From: an uncultured virus (IMG/VR IMGVR_UViG_3300026457_000001) | Lineage: Duplodnaviria; Heunggongvirae; Uroviricota; Caudoviricetes | Virus record (IMG/VR): IMGVR_UViG_3300026457_000001 | Direction: 5' to 3' (one strand) | DNA length: 64,000 bases | Shown: in pieces, positions 35,190-44,259 of the stretch | Layout of the letters: every line of letters begins with the position of its first letter | How positions within the stretch are numbered: the first letter of the stretch is position 1 | Program-made: the position numbers and the translations under genes | The notes under the pieces: model-generated | Told to the model about the DNA's origin: nothing | Seen by the model: only the letters and a program-made list of their open reading frames with translations | Database searches by the model: none

Positions 35190-37313
35190 TTAAGCGTCGG
35201 GTTTGCCATATCTTTGCTGCAACTGTTTCAGGCTAACTTCGCTGCCGTCTTCACGCACAAAACGAGCAAGTGCCTGCTGCGGACCTAGTTCTTTGCTGAG
35301 TTTTTCAAAGTACGGCAGACGCGACTTGCCGAGCACTTCGGCTTGATATTCCTTGGGCTGACGCTGTAGCCATTGCCCGTAGTTTGTATCTGCGGAAACC
35401 TCACCGCCTTGTGCGGCGCGCTTTGCTTCGCCAATCACATCCTCGGGTGACCGCAAGCCAAGGGCGCGGTAATCAATGACCGGAATTGTGGTGCTACGGC
35501 AGTTGTGGGTTAAAATGGAGTCAGCCCAGTACAGGCCGCTTTCGGTCTCGAAGTTGTAGACATGCCCGCTAAATGGCTCCCGTCCAATCCCGACGACCTT
35601 CACCGCATCATTGCCCTTTACGACGACGGAATCGGGATCCGTGGAATCGCTCAGCAGTTCAACGTCTCGCCACGTCCCATAGAGCGCATCATCCTGAGTT
35701 CTGGCCGCACCCTCAGAAATAGAAGCGAACAGCAATTCGCTCGCATGGCCAGAGCCACCCCCGCTGAAAGAAAGGCTTTGGCTTCCGCCGCTCACGTCGC
35801 TAAACGCGGAACCACCAACAGCGAGGAAACTTTGCGCAAAATGGCCAACGCCAGAGCCCGTAGAGTCGGACCCTTGGAGGCTGATGTTGCGCAGCATCTT
35901 GAAAAGTTCGGGATTCACTGCGAGCAACAATTCCCGATTGGCAAGTACAACTGCGACATCCTCTGCGGCAACATCGCCGTGGAAATCTGGGGCGGAAATT
36001 GGCACTTCTACGGAGAACACAGAAGGCGATTTTCCGAACGCACTAAATACATCCTCGGCAGTGGTTACAGCGTCGTTTTTTTGGTCGCCTGCAAAAGCTT
36101 CCAATGGAACAGCACTGCTGCGGAAAACCTGATCACCAATTTGCACGCTTTGCGCAGTCTTCCAGCCGACATTCGTCAATACAGGGTGGTTTGGGGTGAC
36201 TCTGAGCACGTCACCATCGGTGGTGCTGATGACACACAAAAAGCCTTGATATGGCCGACGGTAAACCGCCGCGATTTGACTACTGGCCGATACACGCGCT
36301 TCACCCGGTAAGCAGTTGAAGTGAACGGGAGGCATCGGGCCTTCACCGTATTTGAATTCCTTGCCGTCAAGGCTGCGGCAAATCGCTGAGGTGCGGCTAT
36401 CCAACGTGGCGAGGTAGCGGTATTTCTTGGTGACTTCCTCATTGGCGCGGTAGACCTGTTGGCTGGCTTCATTCGCCACTTGTTGCACGCTTGTACGCAC
36501 AACGGTCAATACCTGATGATCAGCCATGCGGGTAAGCTCACCACCGGCTAATGCCTGTTGCCGTGCAGTCTTGGCGAGCTGGCCAAATTCAAGGCTCCCA
36601 ACCATGCGCCGAGCGATCTGCGGTGTCGGTTCACCTGACAAGATTCCGGTGCGCACGATGGTGTTGAACCGCTGCGCTTGCGACTCGGCCAATCCACGAA
36701 ACGCTTTTTGCACCACCTCGCCATTGGGCAATGTGATAGCTGAACCCTGCGCTGCAGTCAGATTGAACTGCCCCGTACCTGGGAGCGTGAAGTTCAAATC
36801 CGTGGGGTCAACGCTGGCGACACTGGCCGCAAAGTTCGGCGCAACCTCAACGGTATTAACTGCCTGCTGAGCTACGACGCTGGGCTCAATGCCACGGCCA
36901 CCAACCTCGCCACCGGCTACAGCAAGGCGAAGCTGTTCGGTGACAAATTCTGTTTGCAGCTCAGCCAAACCTTGTAATTCACGAGAGGCATAAGCCGTGC
37001 TGCGATCTGCCCAGCCATCTAGTGATTGCTTGAGCTGAGCAAGGATCACACGTAGACGCTGCGCCTGCACCGATGACGGGCTGACAATGCCTGCGCCTGC
37101 TGTGGCTTCGCCAAAATCAATGCGCTTTAGATCGTCAACGGCGCTCAGGATGATGGCGTTGTAATCCCGCACAATCTGACGGGCGACAGCATTGCTGAAG
37201 CGGTTCAGATCAATGGCGTTTCGGTAGATGTTGGCAACAGGATTGCTGCGGTCAATCTTCCGCTTGAATTGCTCAACGTTGAGCAGGCGAGGTGTAACGC
37301 CCGATTGCGTCAT
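35190..37313 (-). CDS. MuF/SPP1 gp7-like minor head protein, intein-containing
   Basis: Follows portal; YLATLDSRTSAICRSLDG..PPVHFN|intein|CRST. Confidence 0.9.
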   Translation of the reverse strand: MTQSGVTPRLLNVEQFKRKIDRSNPVANIYRNAIDLNRFSNAVARQIVRDYNAIILSAVDDLKRIDFGEATAGAGIVSPSSVQAQRLRVILAQLKQSLDGWADRSTAYASRELQGLAELQTEFVTEQLRLAVAGGEVGGRGIEPSVVAQQAVNTVEVAPNFAASVASVDPTDLNFTLPGTGQFNLTAAQGSAITLPNGEVVQKAFRGLAESQAQRFNTIVRTGILSGEPTPQIARRMVGSLEFGQLAKTARQQALAGGELTRMADHQVLTVVRTSVQQVANEASQQVYRANEEVTKKYRYLATLDSRTSAICRSLDGKEFKYGEGPMPPVHFNCLPGEARVSASSQIAAVYRRPYQGFLCVISTTDGDVLRVTPNHPVLTNVGWKTAQSVQIGDQVFRSSAVPLEAFAGDQKNDAVTTAEDVFSAFGKSPSVFSVEVPISAPDFHGDVAAEDVAVVLANRELLLAVNPELFKMLRNISLQGSDSTGSGVGHFAQSFLAVGGSAFSDVSGGSQSLSFSGGGSGHASELLFASISEGAARTQDDALYGTWRDVELLSDSTDPDSVVVKGNDAVKVVGIGREPFSGHVYNFETESGLYWADSILTHNCRSTTIPVIDYRALGLRSPEDVIGEAKRAAQGGEVSADTNYGQWLQRQPKEYQAEVLGKSRLPYFEKLSKELGPQQALARFVREDGSEVSLKQLQQRYGKPDA
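35502..36314 (-). mobile_element. Intein (271 aa) in MuF
   Basis: Block A CLPGEARV, block B LRVTPNHPVLT, block F/G VYNFETESGLYWADSILTHN followed by +1 Cys. Confidence 0.92.
35562..36311 (+). CDS. Antisense intein-nested endonuclease: HTH + NUMOD3-like + Vsr/DUF559-like domain
   Basis: IRGIAQQFNVS HTH; RGTTNSEETLRKMANAR; LE..VAQHL..EQQFPIGKYNCDIL..IAVEIWGGNWH. Confidence 0.8.
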   Translation: MPAKWLPSNPDDLHRIIALYDDGIGIRGIAQQFNVSPRPIERIILSSGRTLRNRSEQQFARMARATPAERKALASAAHVAKRGTTNSEETLRKMANARARRVGPLEADVAQHLEKFGIHCEQQFPIGKYNCDILCGNIAVEIWGGNWHFYGEHRRRFSERTKYILGSGYSVVFLVACKSFQWNSTAAENLITNLHALRSLPADIRQYRVVWGDSEHVTIGGADDTQKALIWPTVNRRDLTTGRYTRFTR

Positions 37314-38809
37314 TGCATTTGATCGTTAGAACTTTGATCTTCATAGCTCTGATCGTTGGGCATTTCTTCGCCCATCACGTCTTCAGAGCCAAGGTTTTCA
37401 GGGCCGCCAAGCTCAATCAATCCACCAGATTGCGTGGCTTCTAGTTCTTCCTCAACATCGAAGTCATCGCCCAGCACTTCACCTTGAGCGAGCTGATCAA
37501 GCAAGGTTTTCTGACTGATCACGCCGGCGGTGTAAGTCTGCAGCAACGCGGTGATTTCGGCAGGTTCAAGACGTGCACCGATAAAGTCACGGTTGACATA
37601 GCTGCTGCCGGATTGCGCTTGGCCCAGGTAGTCAGCGTGATAGCGCAGGCAGTTATCAATTAGATCTTGCACCTGCTGTGCAATCACCATCATGGTGGAA
37701 TCGCCTTGGCTCCGATCAATGCGCTTTGCCTCGGCAGTTTCGGCACTTAGCTTTTGGCCAAGGATGGCGGACAGGCCAAGTTCATTGATCTGCGCTGCCA
37801 GTTGAGCAAGACGATCAAACTGCGACTTGAAGCTGTTGCCGCTGGGTTCGATGTATTCGGCACGGCCTTCAGACGGGAAGGCGATGGCCTCACCAGGACC
37901 GGCGCTTACTTCCTCAGCACTGGACGGGAAGCCGAAGAATGCCAGCATCGGCACTGCCGAGATGTGCAACATGTTGTCCAGATCGCTCTGGATTTGGTAG
38001 GTCTTGAGGTTCAGTTCAGCAATGTCTTCCAGCGGCGGGCGTGATTCCAACAGGCCAACGCGGTTTGAGTAGGCAGTGGCGAACGGAATGTAATCAAGGC
38101 TGGTGGTGCCTTCAGCCACTTTTTCAAAGCTTCCGCGTGTGTCATCTTGACGGAACAATGCATAAGAGCCTGGCTTCAGTACACGCACCTGTTCAACAAC
38201 CTTTTCGCCGTATTCACCGTCAGCGATGGTTACGCGCTCCATCAGACGCAGTTGAGTGAGTTGTTGTGCGCCGTTTACCACCTCCGAACGCCAACCAAGA
38301 ATGTCACGCGGCGTATAGGTAACCCAATAAGGACGCAATGCAGAGACGTCGGTGATGTTTTGCAGCTCGCTGTCGTCTTGGCTAGGGAAATCAACAAGAA
38401 CACCAGCGTGGCCGTACCGAATAATTTTTCGCGCTAATTCGTAGACGTAAATGTTCAGGTCATTGCCCTGAAGGTCTACGTCAAATAGTTGCTCACGAAT
38501 AACATCGGGCACGTCGTCAAGACGCACAGGCTTACGGGTCAACATGCCCGCCAACATGCGTTCAAGCCGCTGGTAGTACGGCGGACAAACAGAACGCGCT
38601 AGGCGGTTGTCGTAGCTGTCGTCTTGCTCGCGTGGTTCCTGCGGCAGGTAACGCCGGTGTTTACGGCGCATTCCATAGGTGCCCTGCAAGAGATCTTCGA
38701 TCAGGATCCAATGGGCCTCTTGTGCCTGCCAAGCTGCGTTGGGATCTTGAACCTGCGTGGCCGTGCGCGTCAGATTCCGGTCGTAGTGCCTGAAACCGGT
38801 GTACGTCAT
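37310..38809 (-). CDS. Portal protein (DUF4055-like)
   Basis: YLPQEPRE..Y..RL.RS..YGHAGVLVD..PPL.DIA.LN..YQ.QSD. Confidence 0.9.
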   Translation of the reverse strand: MTYTGFRHYDRNLTRTATQVQDPNAAWQAQEAHWILIEDLLQGTYGMRRKHRRYLPQEPREQDDSYDNRLARSVCPPYYQRLERMLAGMLTRKPVRLDDVPDVIREQLFDVDLQGNDLNIYVYELARKIIRYGHAGVLVDFPSQDDSELQNITDVSALRPYWVTYTPRDILGWRSEVVNGAQQLTQLRLMERVTIADGEYGEKVVEQVRVLKPGSYALFRQDDTRGSFEKVAEGTTSLDYIPFATAYSNRVGLLESRPPLEDIAELNLKTYQIQSDLDNMLHISAVPMLAFFGFPSSAEEVSAGPGEAIAFPSEGRAEYIEPSGNSFKSQFDRLAQLAAQINELGLSAILGQKLSAETAEAKRIDRSQGDSTMMVIAQQVQDLIDNCLRYHADYLGQAQSGSSYVNRDFIGARLEPAEITALLQTYTAGVISQKTLLDQLAQGEVLGDDFDVEEELEATQSGGLIELGGPENLGSEDVMGEEMPNDQSYEDQSSNDQMQ

Positions 38810-38815
38810 CTTTTG

Positions 38816-38942
38816 CGCCTAGCCATGCACAAAGTCTATGGGTATAGGTTAATCGTGAATGATGGCTGGGCCTCCGATACCGCCACACACGGCGTTCAGC
38901 CTTACGGTCAGAACCGACCCAGCAGATTGAATTTAACCGTGG
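38816..38942 (+). repeat. Exact 127-bp direct repeat, copy 2 (A/B junction)
   Basis: Identical to 1-127. Confidence 0.95.
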
Positions 38943-39124
38943 TCTTCGGCGGTTTGAATTTCTTCGTCTAGAGCGTCACCAGCTTCGTCAAACCCTTCGT
39001 CGTAGAGCCACTGTTGAACAGCGGTGAGCATGGCAGCGGCGGCGAGGTTGAATTCGTAATCGCCGTCGGAATCAACGGCGGAGTCAAAGGCGCCTTGAAG
39101 ATCGTGCCAAAGGTGCTTTGCCAT
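38933..39124 (-). CDS. Hypothetical acidic protein (unit B copy)
   Basis: Homolog of 118-309. Confidence 0.75.
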   Translation of the reverse strand: MAKHLWHDLQGAFDSAVDSDGDYEFNLAAAAMLTAVQQWLYDEGFDEAGDALDEEIQTAEDHG

Positions 39125-39155
39125 GGTGATATTTCGGCGGCCTTACGTTAGCGGC

Positions 39156-39180
39156 AAAGAAAAAGCCCCCCGAAGGGGGC
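39156..39180 (-). terminator. Rho-independent terminator, cUUCGg loop
   Basis: gccccc-ttcg-gggggc-tttttcttt on minus strand. Confidence 0.8.
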
Positions 39181-39187
39181 GAGGCAG

Positions 39188-39424
39188 CTAAACACGCTTG
39201 CCATAGCCCTTAGCCAAATAATCGGCATAAACGCGGCGGGCGTGCTCTTTGGTTAGATATTGAGCGGGAGCATTAGGGGCAAGCCAGCTTTTCAGATCCT
39301 GTTTGCAGAATTTGGTGCCGTAGGTCTGAACCTGAACCTCTTCGGTGTTTGGGAAGAGGATGAACTCAACACAGGCAAAGCCTGATTCGGTGTAGAGGGT
39401 GTGGACTTCGTTGCGAGGAAACAT
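39188..39424 (-). CDS. Hypothetical protein occupying the slot of 1217-1489
   Basis: Unrelated sequence, same flanking promoter leader and terminator. Confidence 0.65.
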   Translation of the reverse strand: MFPRNEVHTLYTESGFACVEFILFPNTEEVQVQTYGTKFCKQDLKSWLAPNAPAQYLTKEHARRVYADYLAKGYGKRV

Positions 39425-39460
39425 TTTTCTGTGAGTGGTGGGGTCGCCCCCTGTCCCCTA

Positions 39461-39490
39461 ATTATGGGGTATACCCCTGCCGTTTGGCAA
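39461..39490 (-). promoter_or_regulatory. Promoter with GGGGTATACCCC palindrome
   Basis: TTGCCA-18-CATAAT; palindrome at 39466-39477. Confidence 0.65.
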
Positions 39491-39517
39491 GCACCCCAGT
39501 AGGCAGTTCACAAATCG

Positions 39518-40858
39518 TCAGTACAGCCTGATCCCAGTCCCACGGCCAGCCCCAGCCTGCAGCGGGTTGAACTCACGCCACACCACATACCCCAGCGCGT
39601 CAACCATGTGATCGTGGCCAGCCTCCTTATCCGGCTCGCCTTTCTCCGTCCAGCTCTGCAGCTCAAGGCATTCGATCAACTTCGGGCAGCCCTGGCTTAC
39701 GGTCAGCCTGACTTCGCCCTTGCCGTTTTCCAGCAAAGCCTGAACAGCAGCCACCCGATCACGCACGGCAGGGTTAGACCGCCCAGATTGATTGCTGAAA
39801 CCGTACTGCTCAAGGATTTGAATGTCTGTGCGCGATGCGTTGGTTGAGCGGTTACCACCCGAGGCATCGGGATAAACGTAAACGCGGTGTTGTGGATACC
39901 GGCGTTTGATTTCTTGCGCCAGAGCATCAGTGTCATGTGCGCCGGTGATTTCATCAACAATCGTCAGTCTGTTGCCGCTACGCACACCAATCACGGCTGA
40001 CATATTGCCAACGTTGAAGTCAACCCCAACGCGCAATGGTTCGTTACTGAAATCAGCGACAGATGCAACAACGTGTTTGCTGCGATCAAAACGGTCGTAC
40101 ACCTGGCCCGTGTTCAGATTGACCCATTGGCCTTCTAAATACGACTTGATTAGTTGTGGGGGATAGTTGGCCATCAGGCTGTCAACAAACCCGTCAGGCA
40201 AGAACGGGTTATCCATCGTGCGAGCACGGATCAGCGCAGTGTCTGCCCCGGCGTTGCGGTCAAAGGTATCGAACGCCCAGCCGTAGCCCTCGGGCGTGGT
40301 GGCCGCATAGAACTGCTGGACATTGCCAGCACGAAGACGGGCAAGCGCCATGCGTGTGGCCTGCTCTGCTACGCGCTTGTTGGCCGTGTCCGCTTCGTCA
40401 AAACCAATAGCGCAGAGGTTCTGACCACGGATACGGTTCCACGTTTCCATCGTGCGCAGCAGGATCGTGTGGCTGCCCTCAGCAAAGTGCAGCGTGTACT
40501 CCGGCAACGGGCTGACGCGGAAATCAAACGGTATTTCCCACTCTTCTAATAGGTCATCCATCGTGCGCTGCAGAATGTCCCGGAGCATCGGGGCGACCGG
40601 TTCAAACAAGGCGCTGACGTACCCGATATTCAGGGCAGCCATGTGAACAGCCTTGGCAACAAGCCCGTGGGTTTTGCCAGCACCGAACCCGCAGACCAGG
40701 GCGAGTTTGCGGTGCTCAGTGTCTTCTAAAAACTTCTGCTGATGCGGCAGGAGATCGGTCTTGACGCGGGCAATGGCCTGCGCTGCCGTCGGCAGGCTTT
40801 CAGCAAAGCCAGGAATGGCGAGGATGCTGCGCTGCTCAACAGCGGCTAGAACGCTCAC
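39518..40858 (-). CDS. terL: Terminase large subunit (unit B, divergent from unit A)
   Basis: CGFGAGKT, IGFDEAD, ATTPEG, GVDFNV, DHMVDALGY; GTG start overlapping terS stop. Confidence 0.93.
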   Translation of the reverse strand: MSVLAAVEQRSILAIPGFAESLPTAAQAIARVKTDLLPHQQKFLEDTEHRKLALVCGFGAGKTHGLVAKAVHMAALNIGYVSALFEPVAPMLRDILQRTMDDLLEEWEIPFDFRVSPLPEYTLHFAEGSHTILLRTMETWNRIRGQNLCAIGFDEADTANKRVAEQATRMALARLRAGNVQQFYAATTPEGYGWAFDTFDRNAGADTALIRARTMDNPFLPDGFVDSLMANYPPQLIKSYLEGQWVNLNTGQVYDRFDRSKHVVASVADFSNEPLRVGVDFNVGNMSAVIGVRSGNRLTIVDEITGAHDTDALAQEIKRRYPQHRVYVYPDASGGNRSTNASRTDIQILEQYGFSNQSGRSNPAVRDRVAAVQALLENGKGEVRLTVSQGCPKLIECLELQSWTEKGEPDKEAGHDHMVDALGYVVWREFNPLQAGAGRGTGIRLY

Positions 40859-41178
40859 GCAATCAGCTTGGCCAATTTGGCCATCGTATTGATGCAACCA
40901 AGGGCAATATGTAGCTGACCAGCCTTGCGGGCTTCCATGTGGAGCGTGCTGGTTTGACTCAGCAAATCTGCCAGCATTTGCGTGGTGTCGTGCGCCCAGT
41001 CTTCCCTTATTTGTTGACGGGCAAGGTTGATGTATTTATCAACGCTGCGCTCCGAAACCCCCCACGTCTCTGCCGCATAACGAACGCAATCGGAGCGTTT
41101 ACCACCGCTTGCAATGATGCGAGCAAGGCGACTAGCGCGGTATTGAGTTTCGGCCCTGGTACTACCTTTGGCAGGCAT
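40855..41178 (-). CDS. terS: Probable terminase small subunit
   Basis: WGVSERSVDKYI..AR; homolog of 3700-4017. Confidence 0.65.
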   Translation of the reverse strand: MPAKGSTRAETQYRASRLARIIASGGKRSDCVRYAAETWGVSERSVDKYINLARQQIREDWAHDTTQMLADLLSQTSTLHMEARKAGQLHIALGCINTMAKLAKLIA

Positions 41179-42425
41179 CAGATCTCATCCCCAGCGTCGT
41201 TGAAGTGGGTTTCGGAGGGGATACAGACGGCAGTATTGCCAGTAAAGTCTTCCCAACGCTTGACGATCACGTCGCAGTAGGCGGGGTCCAGTTCCATCAT
41301 GCGGCAGTGGCGGTTAGTTTTTTCGCAGGCGATGAGTGTGGTGCCTGAGCCACCAAAGATGTCAAGAACCAACTTGCATTGATGATTCTGTATTGCAACT
41401 ATTGCTAGGTCTACTGGCTTTTGTGTTGGATGAATGGTTCTAGCGTCATCATCTGGCGTCATTGGATGATTTGGGACCGTGGCTGGCCATACAGTTGTTT
41501 GCTTTTTGTCGCCAGCCCAAATGTGCGACGCTCCTTTCTTTACTGCATACCAAGCGCATTCATGCTGCCAGTTATAGTCTTGTCTTGACATAATGCCAAA
41601 AGGCTTCATCCAGACTATTTGCTGCTTTACTTCATAGCCAGCAGACGTAAGGCCATCAAACACAAGCCCTGCAAATCGATGGTCGTGCCAAACGTATGCA
41701 ACGTCAGCATTCATTAAGGCAAAGGCGTCTTTCCAATCTGCAATGTGATCGTTGGCAACTTTGTGGTCAGTAGAGCCACCAAAATACTTGGAGCCAGCTT
41801 TGCGCCATGATTCGTCGTATTGGATTCCGTAAGGCGGGTCAGTAAAAACCATGTCGGCCTTTTGCCCATCCATCAGCCGTTCAACGTGCTGCGGGTTTGT
41901 GCTGTCACCGCAGAGAAGGCGGTGATTGCCGAGGATCCATAGGTCACCGGGCTTGGTGGTTGGCTCAGCAGGGGGCTCAGGGGCGTCGTCGGGGTCGGTG
42001 TTGCCTTCTACGGGATCTAGCCGCTCAACCTGCTCAAGGAGGGCTTCAACGTCGTGGTCGTCAAACCAGGGGCTGATGTCGTGCTCCTTACTGAGCTGCT
42101 GCAGCATTTCCGCGTCCCATTCGGCTAGGTCAGCGGTGCGGTTGTCGGCGAGGGCTAAGCCGACTTTTTGATCCTCGGTCAGGCCGGTACGGCGGACGGC
42201 AATGATTTCGTCGGGGCTGGCGTCAACGATGCGGAGCCCTTCGATGCCGAGGTTGAGTGCGGCTTCAACGGTGCCATTGCCGGCAAGGATGCGGTCGTCT
42301 TCGTCAATGACGATGGAGCGTGCGGGACCGTAACGCTGCAGGGATTCCTTGAGGAGGGACGCGGAGGTTTCAGTGCGCTTGCGAGCGTTTTTGTGATCTT
42401 GTTTTAGGTCCGACAGCGTAGCCAT
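41178..42425 (-). CDS. ParB-like domain plus N6/N4 DNA methyltransferase (beta order)
   Basis: IVIDEDDRILAGNG..ADNR; HRLLCGDS, FTDPPY, HPTQKP, DIFGGSGTTLIACE. Confidence 0.92.
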   Translation of the reverse strand: MATLSDLKQDHKNARKRTETSASLLKESLQRYGPARSIVIDEDDRILAGNGTVEAALNLGIEGLRIVDASPDEIIAVRRTGLTEDQKVGLALADNRTADLAEWDAEMLQQLSKEHDISPWFDDHDVEALLEQVERLDPVEGNTDPDDAPEPPAEPTTKPGDLWILGNHRLLCGDSTNPQHVERLMDGQKADMVFTDPPYGIQYDESWRKAGSKYFGGSTDHKVANDHIADWKDAFALMNADVAYVWHDHRFAGLVFDGLTSAGYEVKQQIVWMKPFGIMSRQDYNWQHECAWYAVKKGASHIWAGDKKQTTVWPATVPNHPMTPDDDARTIHPTQKPVDLAIVAIQNHQCKLVLDIFGGSGTTLIACEKTNRHCRMMELDPAYCDVIVKRWEDFTGNTAVCIPSETHFNDAGDEI

Positions 42426-42640
42426 CGTTAATTGAGGTATTGCGCGAAGGATACCGCGATGTTGAAAGTTTAGCCGAAAAACTGTCGCAGGCTGGGACAA
42501 GCGGGACGCTATCGAGCCTGCGGAAAACCCACCTTTAGAAATCCTGAAATGTGCCGTAGCGCACCTGTCGGGCCGATTTTTTATGGCTAATCTCTTCCCG
42601 TTGTTTCCCGGGGATTCCCGGACGAACCCGTAAACCTCCG

Positions 42641-43300
42641 ATGCGCCTTGAACTGCAAATTCCCGATGATTTAGCCGAAGACCTAGCCCGTTTCAAGCCG
42701 AGAACCCTGTCCCTGCCTATGTTTTGCGCCTATTTACTGGAGATAGGTATTGACAGGGACGCTAAGCTACCCGCGTACCGTGTCGGTGCGGGGACACCAC
42801 CTCTAGGTAACTCCACACCGAAGCAGGTTCAGGATTTAACGCCTCAGCAACCTTCCAGCGAAGGGAAGGCTGTTTCGGCTGTTGGGTTTGATGGCTGTTT
42901 GGATCTTCCGCTCTTGCCCAAAGAATGCGACACAAAAAAAGAAATAGGCTGTAAAAAGCCAAAAAAATCGGCAAAGGTTGAGTACAGCGAGGCGTTTACT
43001 TGCCTGTGGAAAACTTACCAGTCAGCTCCTGAGCGAGTCTCAGCACAGTCCAAGCCAAAGGCGTTTGACGAATGGAAAAAGGTCGTCAAGGAGGAGGGTG
43101 AAGAACGCCTGCTGGGTGCCGTCAATAACGCCATAGCCGAACAGAAACGACGAAAGGCCTCCGGTGACTTTGTAGGGAGCCTTCCTGACCTGTTTCGCTG
43201 GCTTCGTGACGGCAAGTACGAGGTGTACTTGGAAGAGCACAAGGCACAGCGCAGCGGGCGGTACTGGGATGAGGAAAACCGCTGCTGGCGGGAAGACTGA
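42641..43300 (+). CDS. Replication initiator-like protein (unit B)
   Basis: Homolog of 4216-4824 with a different central linker. Confidence 0.55.
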   Translation: MRLELQIPDDLAEDLARFKPRTLSLPMFCAYLLEIGIDRDAKLPAYRVGAGTPPLGNSTPKQVQDLTPQQPSSEGKAVSAVGFDGCLDLPLLPKECDTKKEIGCKKPKKSAKVEYSEAFTCLWKTYQSAPERVSAQSKPKAFDEWKKVVKEEGEERLLGAVNNAIAEQKRRKASGDFVGSLPDLFRWLRDGKYEVYLEEHKAQRSGRYWDEENRCWRED

Positions 43301-43332
43301 TCTGCCTTTGTTAATCCAATCTGAGACTCATT

Positions 43333-43620
43333 ATGAAACTATTCGCGCCTGAGAGCAAAGGCATGTACGTCTGGCAGGTGGCTGATCCCAAGACCCGCGC
43401 CGTGTCGTACTTCACCACCAGCAGCCGCCAGGCACCCAATGACGCCTGCTACGGGCATCCCATGGGCAAGTACGACGATCAGGGCATGTACCTGACCTTC
43501 TGCCCGAATGTCGGTGCTGATGACCCCAAGAGCCCGTTGGCCGCCCGGTACGTCGTTCACCCGATGGCGGCGACCGAAAGGGACAAGAGTGAGCGCGAAC
43601 GCCTGTGGAGGCAAATCTGA
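43333..43620 (+). CDS. Hypothetical protein
   Basis: Homolog of 4857-5144. Confidence 0.75.
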   Translation: MKLFAPESKGMYVWQVADPKTRAVSYFTTSSRQAPNDACYGHPMGKYDDQGMYLTFCPNVGADDPKSPLAARYVVHPMAATERDKSERERLWRQI

Positions 43621-43656
43621 TCCAAACCGCCAGCAAGTTGTTTTAATCGCCTAAAA

Positions 43657-44259
43657 ATGACATTCAACCAATCAAGCAAACGCACGCCATGTCCGGTTTG
43701 CGGTAGAACAAAAGACGGTGACTGCAGATGGTCTACAGACATTATTTTTTGCCATCAAAGCAGTAATTCATCTTTTGCTGATGGAATGAAGCTGGGAGAC
43801 ACTATTCAGATTCACGGAGAATCTTGGGCGCTTGTTAAATTAAATGGTGGCTTTAGTGGGATGGCTGCTGTATTCAAACCGGACAAAGGCAAGTATCAAA
43901 ATCCTATAAAAGTCTCGCAGATTAAAGCAGTAGCAGCAATCAAGGATCAAGAAAGGCTTGATCATCAGTTGTTCGATTTCAGGATTGCGACGGAAGAAAT
44001 TCTTGCAATACCGCCGCTTGAATACTTGCGAGATTCGGACATCAAAATGTACAGAGACAAAGCCGAGCATGTGTTTGAATCAACCAAAAAGATGGAGGCA
44101 AGGTTGACGCGTCTTGCTCGATCTGATCTATATATAAAAGAGGTGCTCGCTGAATTCAAGTCTGTTCGCAGGCAGATCCAATACCAGCTAAAAGATCTGA
44201 GCATGTATTGTGATAACCCTGCAAGATATTGGCAAACTTTTATACTTACGCAGAAATGA
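43657..44259 (+). CDS. Zn-finger (primase-ZBD-like) protein, unit B only
   Basis: CPVCGRTKDGDCRW..FCH; AT-rich; occupies the slot of HNH 5144-5746. Confidence 0.55.
   Translation: MTFNQSSKRTPCPVCGRTKDGDCRWSTDIIFCHQSSNSSFADGMKLGDTIQIHGESWALVKLNGGFSGMAAVFKPDKGKYQNPIKVSQIKAVAAIKDQERLDHQLFDFRIATEEILAIPPLEYLRDSDIKMYRDKAEHVFESTKKMEARLTRLARSDLYIKEVLAEFKSVRRQIQYQLKDLSMYCDNPARYWQTFILTQK

Larger units (their letters stand above)
1..38815. mobile_element. Unit A: circularly complete siphovirus-type phage genome (38,815 bp)
   Basis: Full module set (terminase, portal, MuF, scaffold, capsid, neck, tail, lysis, recombination); sequence at 38816 restarts position 1 so terL-portal order closes the circle. 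Confidence 0.9.
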
